Shown here: piece after piece, positions 10,861 through 23,772 of the stretch
Layout: every line of letters begins with the position of its first letter
How positions within the stretch are numbered: position 1 is the first letter of the stretch
Program-made: the position numbers and the translations under genes
Notes under the pieces: model-generated
Database searches by the model: none
Told to the model about the DNA's origin: nothing
The model's input: the letters and a program-made list of their open reading frames with translations, nothing else
Source: Felis catus
Taxonomy: Eukaryota
Assembly: GCF_018350175.1 (NCBI RefSeq)
Contig: NC_058371.1
Location: forward strand, 163,060,001-163,124,000
Direction: 5' to 3'
Length of the DNA: 64,000 nucleotides

Positions 10861-11373
10861 CTCCTAGGGAGAGTTCGTGGTTACTCTAGGGCTGTGCCAG
10901 GATCCAGATTCCCTTTCGTACAACTACACCAGTCCAGTATGTGTCTTGAGTCTGTCTTGCTAATCTGGAAGCTTAAAGAGAAGCCGGACCTTGTCTCTCT
11001 GACCAGGCTCACCCAGCGGCTCCTCCTAAACCTGAAAGGACCACTGTTCCTTCATTCGTTAACCGCGTTCAAAGAGGGGACTTCCATCAGCAAGCGGTTG
11101 GGGAGCACCATAAACCTTCCCTAGGTGACAGACTCACACTTGACAAACAAGCGGAATAAAATCGGAGTATGTGCTAAAGTAACTTGTATTACAGTCCTGA
11201 GTTTACCATCCGTTGTCAAATTTAGTCCTCAAAATATCTTATCAGCCCCACATTTAAGTGGATAAACAGACACACTGAGTAACTTTCCAAGGTGACAAAT
11301 TAGCTAGTAAGTGGTGGATCGGGGATTTCAACTCAAAAAGTCTGGAAGTATAGCCCCTTAAAACACCACACTG

Positions 11374-11585
11374 GGGGCACCTGGGTGGCTCAGTAGGTTA
11401 GGCGTCCTACTTCGGCTCAGGTCATGATCTCGCGGTTCGTGAGTTCAAGCCCCGCGTCGGGCTCTGTGTTGACGGCTCAGGGCCTGGAGCCTGTTTCGGA
11501 TTCTGTGTCTCCCTCTCTCTGACCCTCCCCGTTCATGCTCTGTCTCTCTCTGTCTCAAAAATAAATAAATGTTAAAAAAACAAAA
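11374..11585 (+). mobile_element. SINEC_Fc
   Basis: Full head, CT body and A tail; flanked by AAAACACCACACT-like TSD. Confidence 0.9.
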
Positions 11586-12614
11586 CACCACACTGCCTTT
11601 CCACAGGTGTGTAAAGTGGGGCGGGAAGGGAAACGTAGCATCTACATTTGACAGGCTGATTAAGACAGGCCATCTATGTGGTTGGGGTCCAACAGGCACA
11701 AAGAACAGCTTGTGGACGAACAGGAAAGCACTTGACCCGTTTAAGGAGCCCAGAATGTAAATGGAACTTAAGGAGGTAGGAGCAGAGCGGTCTGAGATGA
11801 GGGTGGCTCCGGGCCAGACGAAGCTTGAGGCCCTGGTGGAAGGCATATGACATGCTAAGAACAATGGAAAGCTGTTCTAGCAGTTTTTAGGAGTGGAAAT
11901 GATAGGATCTGATGGAGGGTGTGGTTTGAGAGTCAGTAAGTTGCTTTTGCCGAGAAGAAAAGGAGTAAATTTTATTAATCGTGGCAGCCAGCCGCTACTT
12001 TGCAGATATTCATAAGATCAATGTAAAATGGGTTAAAGTAATGTAACTGGCAATGTAAATGGCAGAGGGAACACCAGTTTGCTCGTGCGTTTACCTTTCT
12101 TATCTCAGATTCTTCTAAACACGTCTCTGGTTTCAAACCTGTTCTTGTTTTAGTCCTTTCGGATGTCTGAGAGGCATTAACCTTCCCTTCGATTATGTCA
12201 GTGAATGTGGACAAGTTGCATGGCAAGAATCTTGGGACAGAGAAAGAAAATCTCAATAAAGAGACTAATGTAGGAATCCAGTGGCGATCTAGTGGGGTTG
12301 GCAGTAGTTGTGCAGAATGTCTTCCTCCCCAACCAGGTGATAAAAACTGAAAGAGGTTATGAAATCAGTACAAAGAGTGTTTAACTTGAACTCAGGGAGA
12401 AACCCACCTCGGTCCGAAGGCTTCACACAACCCTGGCCAAATGACAACTGCAGCTCATTGGAAAAGGCGAAACCATTCATTGTGTGTAGAGGAAAAATGG
12501 CTTCTCAGCTCTGAAAAACATTACTTAATTAAAATTAATACAGAGATGATGGAGTGAAATTAACTCATTGTATAAATTCAGGGTAATCTGTGTGTGGTAT
12601 TAAAAATGCTTCTA

Positions 12615-12825
12615 GGGGCGCCTGGGTGGCGCAGTCGGTCAAGCGTCTGACTTCAGCCAGGTCACGATCTCGCGGTCCGTGAGTTCGAGCCCCGCGTCGG
12701 GCTCTGGGCTGATGACTCAGAGCCTGGAGCCTGTTTCTGATTCTGTGTCTCCCTCTCTCTCTGCCCCTCCCCCATTCATGCTCTGTTTCTCTCTGTCCCA
12801 AAAATAAATAAACGTTGATAAAAAT
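12615..12825 (+). mobile_element. Young SINEC_Fc
   Basis: GGGGCGCCTGGGTGGCGCAGTCGG head; TSD AAAAATGCTTCTA on both sides. Confidence 0.92.
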
Positions 12826-14513
12826 GCTTCTAATTCGGTTTAAAGAAAATGGAACCAATTGGCTTTATTACCAGATCTGATTGAGAGACATCTGTCCCAT
12901 CTGAGAGAACTTAGCTTGATCCAGAGGACCAGGGATCCAGGTGGAAAGGCACAGGAGACCTGACGGGCTTCTGCTGTCCTAGTTCCCCAAACTCCCTCCT
13001 CAACAAATAGGTCCCTCTTCCCTAGACCACCCTGAAGTCCCTGCCCCTGAGCTCCAGGCTCCATTCTCGCCAGCCTGCCACAGCCTCACAAGCTATCCAT
13101 TATTTGGGGGTTTTTCCCCTTCCTGTCTCTTCTCTCACTTCTGCCTGGCTCTTAGCTTCTCTATGTATATATACTCTCTCTCTCTCCCCCAACCTGAAGA
13201 AACCTTCCCTCCATCAAATGTCCCCCAGTCCCCCAAACCACACTCTCCTCCCCTTCCTAAGAGACCTTCAGAAAGACCACACCAACACAGGTCTCTAGCC
13301 TTATTCGGCCTCAGCCTCATGCAGCCCTCAGGTCAGTATGGTCTGACTTTCCTCTTCCCAATTTCCCTGACACTACTCTCCAAGGTCACCAGTGACCTCT
13401 CAGCGACCAAATCCAATGCTCCTTATCTCCTCTAGCTTCTCTGTGGCGTTGGACATAGCCGGCCACTCCTTCCTTGATTCCTTCTTCCCTCTGGTTTCTA
13501 AGTCTCCACTCTTCCCTGCTCTTCCTCCTACACCTTCCTCCTCCCTCTTTTGTCCTACCCTTTCCGGCGACATTCTCTCTCGACTCTCTTGCCTTTTCGC
13601 TGTTTGCTCTTGCTGGCCCACCTCCCAGGAATGATAGTGATACAACTCGTTAATTGAGTATCAGACACTTTATACACGCCATCTCTAATTCGTAAGACAA
13701 TTCTGCAAGGGAGATAATGAGAATATTATTAGTATCACTGAATGGGCTTATGAACCCGTCACAGTGTTTAGTCTTTTACATAAAAATATCATTATCATCA
13801 CTTTAGAGATCATAAACTGAGACCAAGAAAGCCTGAGTGATTTTCCTAGACTGCACAACTTTGGCAGAGCTAGGATCCCCATGCCGGGCTCCCAGCCTGC
13901 CTGCTTTCCCCCCCCCCCCCCCCATGCAGAGGTGATCCCTCAGCCAAGACTGCTCTCCCCAGCTTCAGGTACCAAATACCCACAAGCCCTGCACACATCC
14001 TCATCCGGTGGACCCAGAGACACCACAGATCAGCTTGTCTCAAGCAGTTCATTCTCTTCTTCCAACCCCACACTTTTGCGTCCTCTTGATGAATAACACT
14101 TCCTTAGCCCCCGCGGTCCAGGATTCAGCCCAGATGACTTCCTCTTTCTGCCTCCTCTCCAATTCTCAGCACCCTGCTTCCTCACCTCCTTTCATTCGGT
14201 CAGTTCTCTCTATAGATCATCCCTCGAGTCTCCCCTCTTGTACTACCCACTCCCTGTTAAACTTTAGTTCTAGCTTACATCATCTGCTTTCTGGCCCACT
14301 GCGGCAGCCTCCGTTCAGCCTCCCTCCCTCCGGTCTTCCCTCCCCCAGTATAACCCCCACACTGCTATCATCCCCATTGGAAATCCTTACATGGCTCCAC
14401 ACTGCCACCAGGATCAAGACCAATGCCCTGTCTATCTTTCTACCTCCCCCATCCCACACACCTGTTATGATCCAGCCATACTGAACTATCTGTATTTCCC
14501 TGAATGTTCTGTC

Positions 14514-15143
14514 CAGCACCGCTCCATACAACTCTCTGTGATAATGGAAATGTTCTATCACTGTGCTGTCCATTATGGAGCCACAAGTGGCTAGTCAGTC
14601 CTTGAGATGTGACTAGTACAACAAAGGAATGATTTTAAATTTTTATTTACTTTTAACTAATTTATTTTTAAATGTTTTCGTTTATGTTTCAAGAGAGAGA
14701 AGGCATGCAACTGTGTGAGCGGGCCAGGCGCAGAGAGAGAGGCGGTCAGAGGATGTGAATCAGGCTCTGCACTGTCAGCAGAGAGCCCAATGCGGGCCTC
14801 GAACTCACAAACCATGAGATCGTGACCTGGGCCAAAGTCAGATGCTTAACGGACCACCCAGGCGCCCCTACTTTTAACTAATTTGATTTTTTTTTTAACG
14901 TTTATTTATTTTTGAGAGACAGAGACAGAGAGCCCGGGGTGGGGAGGGGCAGAGAGAGAGGGAGACAGAATCTGAAGGCTTCAGGCTGTCAGCACAGAGC
15001 CCAATGCAAGGCTGGAGCCCACGAACCTTGAGATCGCGACCTGAGCTGAAGTCGGATGCTTAACCGACTGAGCCACCCAGGCGCCCCTGATTTAAATTTA
15101 AATAGTCATGTGTGACTGGTAGATACCATATTGCATAGCACAG
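14514..15143. mobile_element. MER3 split by two tandem antisense Can-SINEs (~14660-14868 and ~14885-15088)
   Basis: MER3 5' half (CAGCACC...GATAATGGAAATGTTCTAT) and 3' half (TTTAAATTTAAATAGTCATGTG...GCACAG) flank two SINEs. Confidence 0.8.
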
Positions 15144-15149
15144 CAATTT

Positions 15150-15330
15150 ATATCTCAAAGATGTCCAGCAGCGTGGACATCACCTGAAATCTTGTCAGCA
15201 GTAAAGGCTCTCAAACAAACAAACAAACCAAAAAAAGGATCTCAGGCTTGATCCCTCATCTGCCGATTCATAATCTGCATTTCAACCAATGTAATTTATA
15301 TGCACGTTGAAGTTTCAGGAAGCACTGCTC
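15150..15330. mobile_element. MER5A-like hAT MITE
   Basis: CAGCAGC...CATCACCTGAAATCTTGT...AATCTGCATTT...ATGCACGTTGAAGTTT...GCACTG. Confidence 0.65.
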
Positions 15331-15760
15331 TAAGAGCTCTTGCTTCCTTGCCTTTGCACATGCCGTTTTGTCTGGACTGCCCATCACGTCTCCTCCTTTG
15401 TTCCTTAATCCCTATTTGTCCCTCAAGACTCATCATCTGCAAGCACAACCTATTCTTAGTGTGGTTATCTGGAGGACAGAGAGTGGTGGGGAGGAGTGAG
15501 AAGGAGAGAGAAAATGTCAATGATAAAACTACATGTGTCTTGTAAACCCAAGTATCTATGTATCTGTATCTATGCTCATATATACACATATTATATATAG
15601 TCCGTGTGTCTACATGAAAAGATGGTTACTGTTGGTAGTGTTTCTCTCAAGATGGTGGGATTTCACATAATTTTTTTCTTTCAAATATTTCTGAGGTGCC
15701 ATTCAAATTCTTTACAATGAGTATATATTATTTGTAATCAGAAAATAGAATAATAATCAT

Positions 15761-16023
15761 GGGGTGCCTGGGTGGCTCAGTCGGTTGAGCATCTGACTCT
15801 TGGTTTTGGCTCAGGTCGTGATCTCATGGTTCTTGAGTCCGAGTCCTGGGCTCTGTGCTGGCANNNNNNNNNNNNNNNNNNNNNNNNNNNNNNNNNNNNN
15901 NNNNNNNNNNNNNNNNNNNNNNNNNNNNNNNNNNNNNNNNNNNNNNNNNNNNNNNNNNNNNNNNNNNNNNNNNNNNNNNNNNNNNNNNNNNNNNNNNNNN
16001 NNNNNNNNNNNNNNNNNNNNNNN
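15761..16023 (+). mobile_element. Can-SINE running into a 160-N assembly gap (15864-16023)
   Basis: SINE head at 15761, N run seen directly. Confidence 0.85.
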
Positions 16024-16097
16024 ATTACAGAAAATAAAAGAAAGCCTATTTTGCCCTTCTGTAGATACCTGTATGAACGTGATATCAGAATACAGTA

Positions 16098-16418
16098 CAG
16101 TGGAACCTTGAACGATGTGGGGGTTAGACGCACTGACCCCAGCATGGTCAAAAATCTGCATATAACTTTGGACTCGTCCAAAACTTAACTACTAATAGCC
16201 TACTGTTGACTGGAAGTCTTACGGATAACATAGTCAATTAACACAATCCTGTATACTATAGGTTTAAATATTCTGTATTCTTAAAGCTAGAGAAAAATGG
16301 TACTAAGAAAATCGTAAGGAAGAGAAATACGTTAACAGTATCACACTGTATTTATTTCAAAAGTCCACACAGAGGCAGCCCTGGGCAGGCCAAACCTGTG
16401 TTGGTGAAGGGACACCTG
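16098..16418. mobile_element. Tigger2-derived MITE (TcMar-Tigger)
   Basis: TA duplications at 16096-16097 and 16419-16420. Degenerate CAGTTGACCCTTGAACA-type TIRs. Internal AACTTAACTACTAATAGCCTACTGTTGAC. Confidence 0.8.
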
Positions 16419-18529
16419 TATAGTGCTTTTCAAAAGGACAGCTGACACCTTCCACAGGTAGAGACGCTCATTTGATTAATGGCTGGGAGCAGCAGGGCAA
16501 CCGCTCACTGAAATCAGATGAAGAAAACATCATGGTCTGCCTTGCAACGCATTTGCTGTTCTCTCTCATGTCTACCCTTGTGCCCCAATAGACATGATCC
16601 TAACAGGGTAGAGACAATCACTGCATCCCCTGCCTGGGTTCCTCTCTATGGCTGCAGCCTCAAAGCGGGGTCAAGTGTCCCGAGATGGTCACCTAGACTC
16701 ATTACAGGTATCTGCAGAGGCATTTGGGCACCTTGGGTGGCATCTCAGCTGGCCCGAAGCATCATGGATTTGCTCTATTAAGAACCAGTGTTTTTGTATA
16801 TTGCATTCCATTCTTTTCTAAGTTTTGGCGATGTTTTCTTCACTGGAAACAGTGTGACAGTTACCTATAGAGGTTATTTTAAATTCGTGGCAAAATGTGT
16901 TTGCTGAGCGGTGGGAGGCAATTTCTGCAAGGCTTAGTGGGATCAGCTGTGGAAATCAATGGGGTCCAGTTATAGAGTAGGGCCACAAAAAGCCATCAGC
17001 GCCAACAGAGGAGGCAACATAGCCTGGGGCCAAAACATTCTGCACAGCAACTAATCTGCCAAGTCAGAGGATATTGTGAAATTTGATTAAGCAGCAAGAT
17101 GAAGGTGGCATTTTTTAGACTAGAGAGCTACCTATTTAGGGTATGATGCAAACATTCATTCAATTCTAAAGACAGATTAGAAGAAAATTTATAGTCTTTA
17201 TTTTGGAGCAAAGGTGTCTCATCTAAGCGAATGACACCATTTAAAGTCAGCCTTTTTAACGTGTACGATCCTATCTATAAGTCTATACCCATTTATCAAT
17301 TTCCCTGCTGTCAGCACCCATCTGGCCATATCGTGGTGGCTCCAGAGATATAATATGACTTGGGTACCAGATGGAGCCAGACTTTAGGAGGCCTGACAAT
17401 GAGACAATTTGAGTGGTCCTTCTCATGGAAAAGAAGGCAAAAACACCCTACTCTTATGCATTGAACAAAAATACTCAAACATGTGAACACATTGTAGGGC
17501 CCCTCCCAAGCCTGGAAGCTAAACTTTAGCAGCTTCATTCTAAACCGGCCTGGGTTGCTCGGACGCGTGCGAAAAGGTAAGCTTTGGCTCTCCTTCAACA
17601 ACATCCCTAGCACGGCACAGCTAGGGAGACAATTCCGTGTTCGTACCGCAAGGCCTTCTTGCTGAATCATCAGAATAATGGCCAGCTTTTATTGCACGCT
17701 TATTATTATGTGTCGGGCACTGTTCTAGGTTTTTGACACATGTTGTCTCCTTGAATCCTCACGCTAACACTGAGGAATAGGTAATGTGACGGTTTCGTTT
17801 CATACATGTAGAAACCGCGACCCAGACAGGTGATCACTTGCCCCAGAAGATGAACCAACTGTGTGTTGAAACGCAAGTAGAGGCGGGAACTGGTTTCTGG
17901 CTTTGGAATTCCTGCTGCAGCGCTCTCTCTGCCTGACTCCAGAACTGGTGGGAGAGAGCACACTGGGTCACCACGCTGAGATTGACCACGTGACCCTGGC
18001 TCTAGGAAGAATTTGGTACGAACGGGCAGGTCTCCAAGTGACCAGATAGGTCACTAGAAGGTGGACCCAGTTACCGGAACTGGGCAGAAGGTCTCAGGCC
18101 AAGCTTGGAGGGCAGGTGTGGAGAAGCTTGGTTTTGAGCTCCAGGAATCTCTCCTACACAAAACGAGATTGGTTTTAGAGACTTCGAAAAGATGAGTCAA
18201 CCTGCAGAAAGGTTCCCTGACAGCCACAACCTCAAGCATAAAAATGGTCAACTGCCTATACTCTCTGAACAGCCACCAAGCCCTCTGGATAAAAAAAGCT
18301 GCTGGGGATGACTGGGGAACAGTCTGACACTGCTTTTCTCCGCCGTTTGGGATGGAACATACCTCACACGCTCGTCTTGCACGTGCGTGCACACACACAC
18401 ACACACACACACGCATTACTCTCAGACCATCTCTGTAAGGCATGCTTTTGGTTTCCCAATGTAGGAAAGTCCTAATAATATATCGAAAGCCCTCTGAGTC
18501 TTGCTCTCTCTCCATTCTTTTTTTTTTAT

Positions 18530-18986
18530 GCTTATTTATTTATTTATATATTTAAAAAAAATTTTTTTTCAACGTTTATTTATTTTTGGGACAGAGAGAG
18601 ACAGAGCATGAACGGGGGAGGGGCAGAGAGAGAGGGAGACACAGAATCGGAAGCAGGCTCCAGGCTCTGAGCCATCAGCCCAGAGCCCGACGCGGGGCTC
18701 GAACTCACAGACCGCGAGATCGTGACCTGGCTGAAGTCGGACGCTTAACCGACTGCGCCACCCAGGCGCCCCTATGCTTATTTATTTTTGAGAGAGAGAG
18801 GGAGAGGGACAGAGTGAGTGAGGGAGGGGCAGAGAGAGAGAGAGACACACACACAGAATCTTGAAGCAGGCTCCAGGCTCTGAGCTGTCAGCACAGAGTC
18901 TGACGTGGGGCTCGAACTCAGGAACCTCGAGATTACGACCTGAGCCGAAGTCAGATGCTTAACCAACTGCGCCACCCAGGTGCCCC
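18530..18986 (-). mobile_element. Nested Can-SINE pair (young copy ~18570-18771 inserted in the tail of an older copy)
   Basis: Two antisense SINE bodies; TATGCTTATTTATTT duplicated at ~18527 and ~18773. Confidence 0.85.
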
Positions 18987-20109
18987 TACATTCGCGACAC
19001 TTGCGGTAAACCCCAGCTCTGTTCACAGGTGATAAATGTCAGAAGGGAGCCAGACATCCATATATAAAGGAAGAAGGCAGTAGTACATGTTAAAAGTGAA
19101 ATGGTGTTAACCAAGTATTTGAAAACAACTTGTAGTTATTTGTAATATTTTTTGTATTTGTTTTTGTATTTGCTTATTTGTAATTTATTCTTTCTTTCTT
19201 TCTTGTTTATACCCCCATGTTAGTCCAAAGAGGACTTGGCTGTAGTTTACAAGAATACATTGCAATGAGATTTAAAAAGGGAAAAAAAAAAGTGAGGAAA
19301 TTGGAGTGCGGGGTCTAGCACACAAAATATACCCATGAGGCTCTGTACACTTTGCTGGAAGAAGGCCAAAAATTTTGCTCTGCACTGCCTGGCAGTTGAT
19401 GCAAAAATCAGAAAATAGAAACCATTCACTCAAGACAAACACAAATACTCCTGAAACAATTTCCTCCACGGCTCTTCATAAAGAGGGCACTGGAACCAGC
19501 CTCCTCAGTATCAATAACCTGAAAAGAATGTTTATGATCTCTCAAACTTACACATGTCCAAGATTTTTGGCGTCCAGGTAGAGTATTTCCTAGTCGATGT
19601 TTTTTTTCCAAAGCCTAATTAACACGTGGCAAGAGGGTTATCAGGCCAGATGACATTGGAGAAGAATCTGGGATTTTGATTATGAAGCACATAGGCCACC
19701 CTCCCCTTGCACACTGAAACCAGGGGCTGAAGACACATGGTATGCTCCCATACGAAAGATAGGATAATCTGGGTGAATTCCCTGGTCAAAAGCCAGCCTT
19801 AAGTTATATATATACATATATAATTTTATATAATATTAAGTTATATATGCGTGTGTGTGTGTATACAGTGGCAGGCAGATCTTTGAGGCACGTAAATGTC
19901 TCTAGTATATTGTAAGAGTAAAATTCAGTTCTGAAGCAATCGATCACCACAGGAAGTCTTACACAATAAAATGTGGAGCCCAACCAATTAGACACAAATT
20001 GATTTTCATGTGAAATTAACTCGTTGCTTAAAGTATCAACTGAATAGTTAACAATAATTTCATCCTCTTAGAACTTCAAGAGGCTTGGGAGGAATGTGAA
20101 TAGGTGTTT

Positions 20110-21965
20110 TCTTTCTTTTTTTTTTTTTTTTTAATTTTTTTTTCAACGTTTATTTATTTTTGGGACAGAGAGAGAAAGAGCATGAACAGGGGAGAGGCAG
20201 AGAGAGAGGGAGACACAGAATCGGAAACAGGCTCCAGGCTCTGAGCCATCAGTCCAGGGCCCGACGCGGGGCTCGAACTCACGGACCACGAGATCGTGAC
20301 CTGGCTGAAGTCGGACGCTTAACCGACTGCGCCACCCAGGCGCCCCGGTGTTTTCTTTTTTAAAATGACCAGAGAACTTTGAGCCCAGTGCCTTTCTATT
20401 TTGTCCATTCATTTCTCTGAATTCAAGGAGGTATTCAAATTCTCCCTTTGGCCTTTCCTTGCTGGAAAGTTCAAAACTAAAGACCTACCTCTAATATTTT
20501 CCCTTTAATTTCATCCTGACACTGTAGTGTGTAATCCTACAACTGAAAGTTTTGGAATCAAAAAAAGTGAAGATAATCAAGAAACCCCAAGTTCGGGGCG
20601 CCTGGGTGGCACAGTCGGTTAAGCGTCCGACTTCAGCCAGGTCACGATCTCGCGGTCCGTGGGTTCGAGCCCCGCATCGGGCTCTGGGCTGATGGCTCAG
20701 AGCCTGGAGCCTGTTTCCGATTCTGTGTCTCCCTCTCTCTCTGCCCCTCCCCCGTTCATGCTCTGTCTCTCTCTGTCCCAAAAATAAATAAATGTTGAAA
20801 AAAAAAAAAAAAAAGAAACCCCAAGTTCCTTTATTCTTAACTTTTTATCGTGAAAATATCCAGGGGTGCCTGGGTGGCTCAGTCAGTTGAGCGTCCCACT
20901 TTGGCTCAGGTCATGATCTCACAGCCCGTGGGTTTGAGCCCCGAGACAGATTCTGTGCTGACAGCTTGGAGCCAGAGCCTGTTTCAGATTCTGTGTCTCC
21001 TTCTCCCTCTGCCCCTGCCCCCCCCCCACCTTGTGTGCTCTCTCTCTCTCAAAAATAAATAAACATTAAAAAAATTAAAAAAGGGGCGCCTGGGTGGCGC
21101 AGTCGGTTAAGCGTCCGACTTCAGCCAGGTCACGATCTCGTGGTCCGTGAGTTCGAGCCCCGCGTCGGGCCCTGGACTGATGGCTCAGAGCCTGGAGCCT
21201 GTTTCCGATTCTGTGTCTCCCTCTCTCTCTGCCCCTCCCCTGTTCATGCTCTGTCTCTCTCTGTCCCAAAAATAAATAAATGTTGAAAAAAAAATAAAAA
21301 AAAATTAAAAAAAAAGAAAATATCCAACTATGCACAAAAATAAAATTCAACACACCCCTGTGTATTTATTTTTCAGCTAACAACTATCAACTAAAACCAT
21401 TCATTTTGCAGGCTAATTTGCGAAATTATTTTAAAGAAAACCCAGATATCATGTTATTTCACCCCTAACTATTTCAGTATTCATCTCAAAAGAAAAGACA
21501 TAATCATACCTAACAATACCAGTATGATTGCTAAGAAAATAAACAATAATTCCAAACTATATTCAACTTTCCCCATTGCCTAAAATTGTCTATTTTACAA
21601 TTTGTTTGGATCAAGATCCAAACAAGGTCCACTCACTGTATTTGGTTATATTTCATTTCTTTTAAGCCTCCTTTAGTCAAGAAAAAAAATGCCCTTTTTT
21701 TCCACAACACCTTTGTCAAATAACAAAATCAAAACAATTTATTTTTTTTCTAATTTTGTTTTAACTATTCATTTTTGAAAGGCAGAGAGAGACAGAGTGC
21801 AAATGGGGGAGGGGCAGAGAGAGAGGGAGACACAGAAATAGAAGCAGGCTCCAGGCTCTGAGCTGTCAGCACAGAGCCCGATGCAGGGCTTAAACTCACG
21901 GACTGTGAGATCATGACCTGAGCCAAAGTCGGCCGCTCAACCAACGGAGCCACCCGGGTGCCCCC
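20110..21965. mobile_element. Cluster of five Can-SINEs (~20110-20346 -, 20595-20815 +, 20863-21075 +, 21083-21312 +, 21755-21965 -)
   Basis: Five SINE heads and tails read directly; TSDs AAGAAACCCCAAGTTC and AAAATATCCA visible. Confidence 0.9.
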
Positions 21966-22364
21966 AAATCAAAACAATTTAGTAACAAGTTCGATGTCCT
22001 TTGTTCAAGGGAACACAGTCCATGGTTTGGGGGAGTACAAGAGTGGGGCACTCTTCCTGAAGGATTTTGGGCAAAAGTGAGTTTTATAGAGCCTTAGAAG
22101 GGGCAACAGAAACTGGGCATGAGTGGCTAGGAAGTCAGAGATTTTAAATAAGACTAGCAGGTCCTATTTTGTAGGATAAGGTAAGCTCACTGAGCCCGAG
22201 TTGGAGGGTGATGACTAGAGTGGCCGTTTACGTTAGGTTTCTTTGACAGGTGTTTCCTGTAAGTGCAGGTTGACCTAGGTTTTGATTCATGAGGAGGGCC
22301 AGGCCCCTGGGGTGGCTTCCGGTCTGTGGGTTCTGATATAGGAACCAACTTGATCAACTTCAGC

Positions 22365-22758
22365 TTTTCTATCGAACGGTTTTTGAGACATAACTCAGAT
22401 ACAATAAAATTTATCCCTTTAAGGTGCACAATTCAGTGGGTTTTAGTATATTCATAGACGTGGGCAATCATCAGCATTATTTGATTCCAGGACATTTTTA
22501 GCACTCCAGAAAAGAGACTGATCCATTAGCAGCCACTCCCCACTCTCCCTCCCCGACCACTAATCTACTTTCTGTCTCTATGGATCTATGTCGGACATCT
22601 CATATAAATGGAATGACACAACATGTGGTCTTTGGTGTCTAGCTTTTTTTTTTACTTAGCCTGATGTTTTCAAGGCCCAACAGACAAGAGTACGGCTAGG
22701 CAGTGCTGGACTCCTTCATCCCTACTGATGGCTGCGTTGATTGGATATACGGCATTTT
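22365..22758 (-). mobile_element. L1MB-type 3' end fragment
   Basis: TTTTGAGACATAACTCAGATACAATAAAATTTATCCCTTTAAGGTGCACAATTCAGTGGGTTTTAGTATATTCA is a typical antisense L1MB terminus. Confidence 0.8.
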
Positions 22759-22773
22759 AAAATGTATTTACCA

Positions 22774-22841
22774 TGTTGTATGGAAACCAATTTGACAATA
22801 CATTTCATATATTAAAAAATAAATAAATAAATAAATAGAAA

Positions 22842-22870
<29 letters not shown>
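22774..22870 (+). mobile_element. Very short felid L1 3'-terminal insertion with (AAAT)n tail
   Basis: TTGTATGGAAACCAATTTGACAATACATTTCATAT followed by an A-rich tail. TSD AAAATGTATTTACCA (22759-22773) / AAAAGGTATTTACCA (22871-22885). Family call is from recall. Confidence 0.65.
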
Positions 22871-22872
<2 letters not shown>

Positions 22873-23556
22873 AAGGTATTTACCAGCCGGTGGCTACGCC
22901 TTTGGCTTTTTCTAGAAACCAGGCCAGTTGTCTCGCAGAGTGTTGGCCAGCTGGCTGGCTGCCTCCTCTTGATACTGGTTCACTTGTTTCTCTACCCTCT
23001 GTTCTTCTCATAAACTTGAAGAGCCACCTCCATTCTGGAAAGTCTCGTTGTCAAATTGTGTGCGGAAGAACCAACCACCGGGCACTCTTGCTTTAAGGAG
23101 CAGAAATCTAGGCCCCGGCAGCAGCAGAAAGTCTCACTTAGTAGACTTGAGAGGGGGCCCAGATTCTGCAGTTTTGAACCCACCGGTTGATCCCGATGAG
23201 GGTGTTACCAGAACACATTCTGCGAAACTCTGCTCATGTCCTTAGAACTTGGCTTTAATGGCACTAGATGCCATAAAAGCAACCGGTAGGTCATTGGCTG
23301 AGATTTTTAAAAAAACAAAGTTGGAGGTATTATGGGATTGCTCAAAAGAGCCTAAGTTAACATCCTAGCTGATGTCTGGTGGCTTGGAGACAGGCATTTG
23401 AAGGAATCCTGGCCAAGAGAATTGTGCTGTGGGTGTTCATTAGCCGCCCCGAGTGAGCGAAGCTGCCAAATGTGGCTGTAAAGGCAATGAGTGCCCGAGA
23501 GCCTTTCAGAATTAGAGGACTGCATGCATCTTTACGGTATTGAGCTCAACATCTAC

Positions 23557-23772
23557 GGGGCGCCTGGGTGGCGCAGTCGGTTAAGCGTCCGACTTCAGCC
23601 AGGTCACGATCTCGCGGTCCGTGAGTTCGAGCCCCGCGTCGGGCTCTGGGCTGATGGCTCGGAGCCTGGAGCCTGTTTCCGATTCTGTGTCTCCCTCTCT
23701 CTCTGCCCCTCGCCTGTTCATGCTCTGTCTCTCTCTCTGTCCCAAAAACAAATAAACGTTGAAAAAAAAAAA
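23557..23772 (+). mobile_element. Young SINEC_Fc
   Basis: Near-consensus CpG-rich body with A tail. Confidence 0.92.

Noticed and set aside
18586-21353. Recurrent ORFs such as MGQRETEHERGRGRERGRHR and GAWVAQSVK... across the window
   Set aside because: They are translations of Can-SINE bodies in either orientation.
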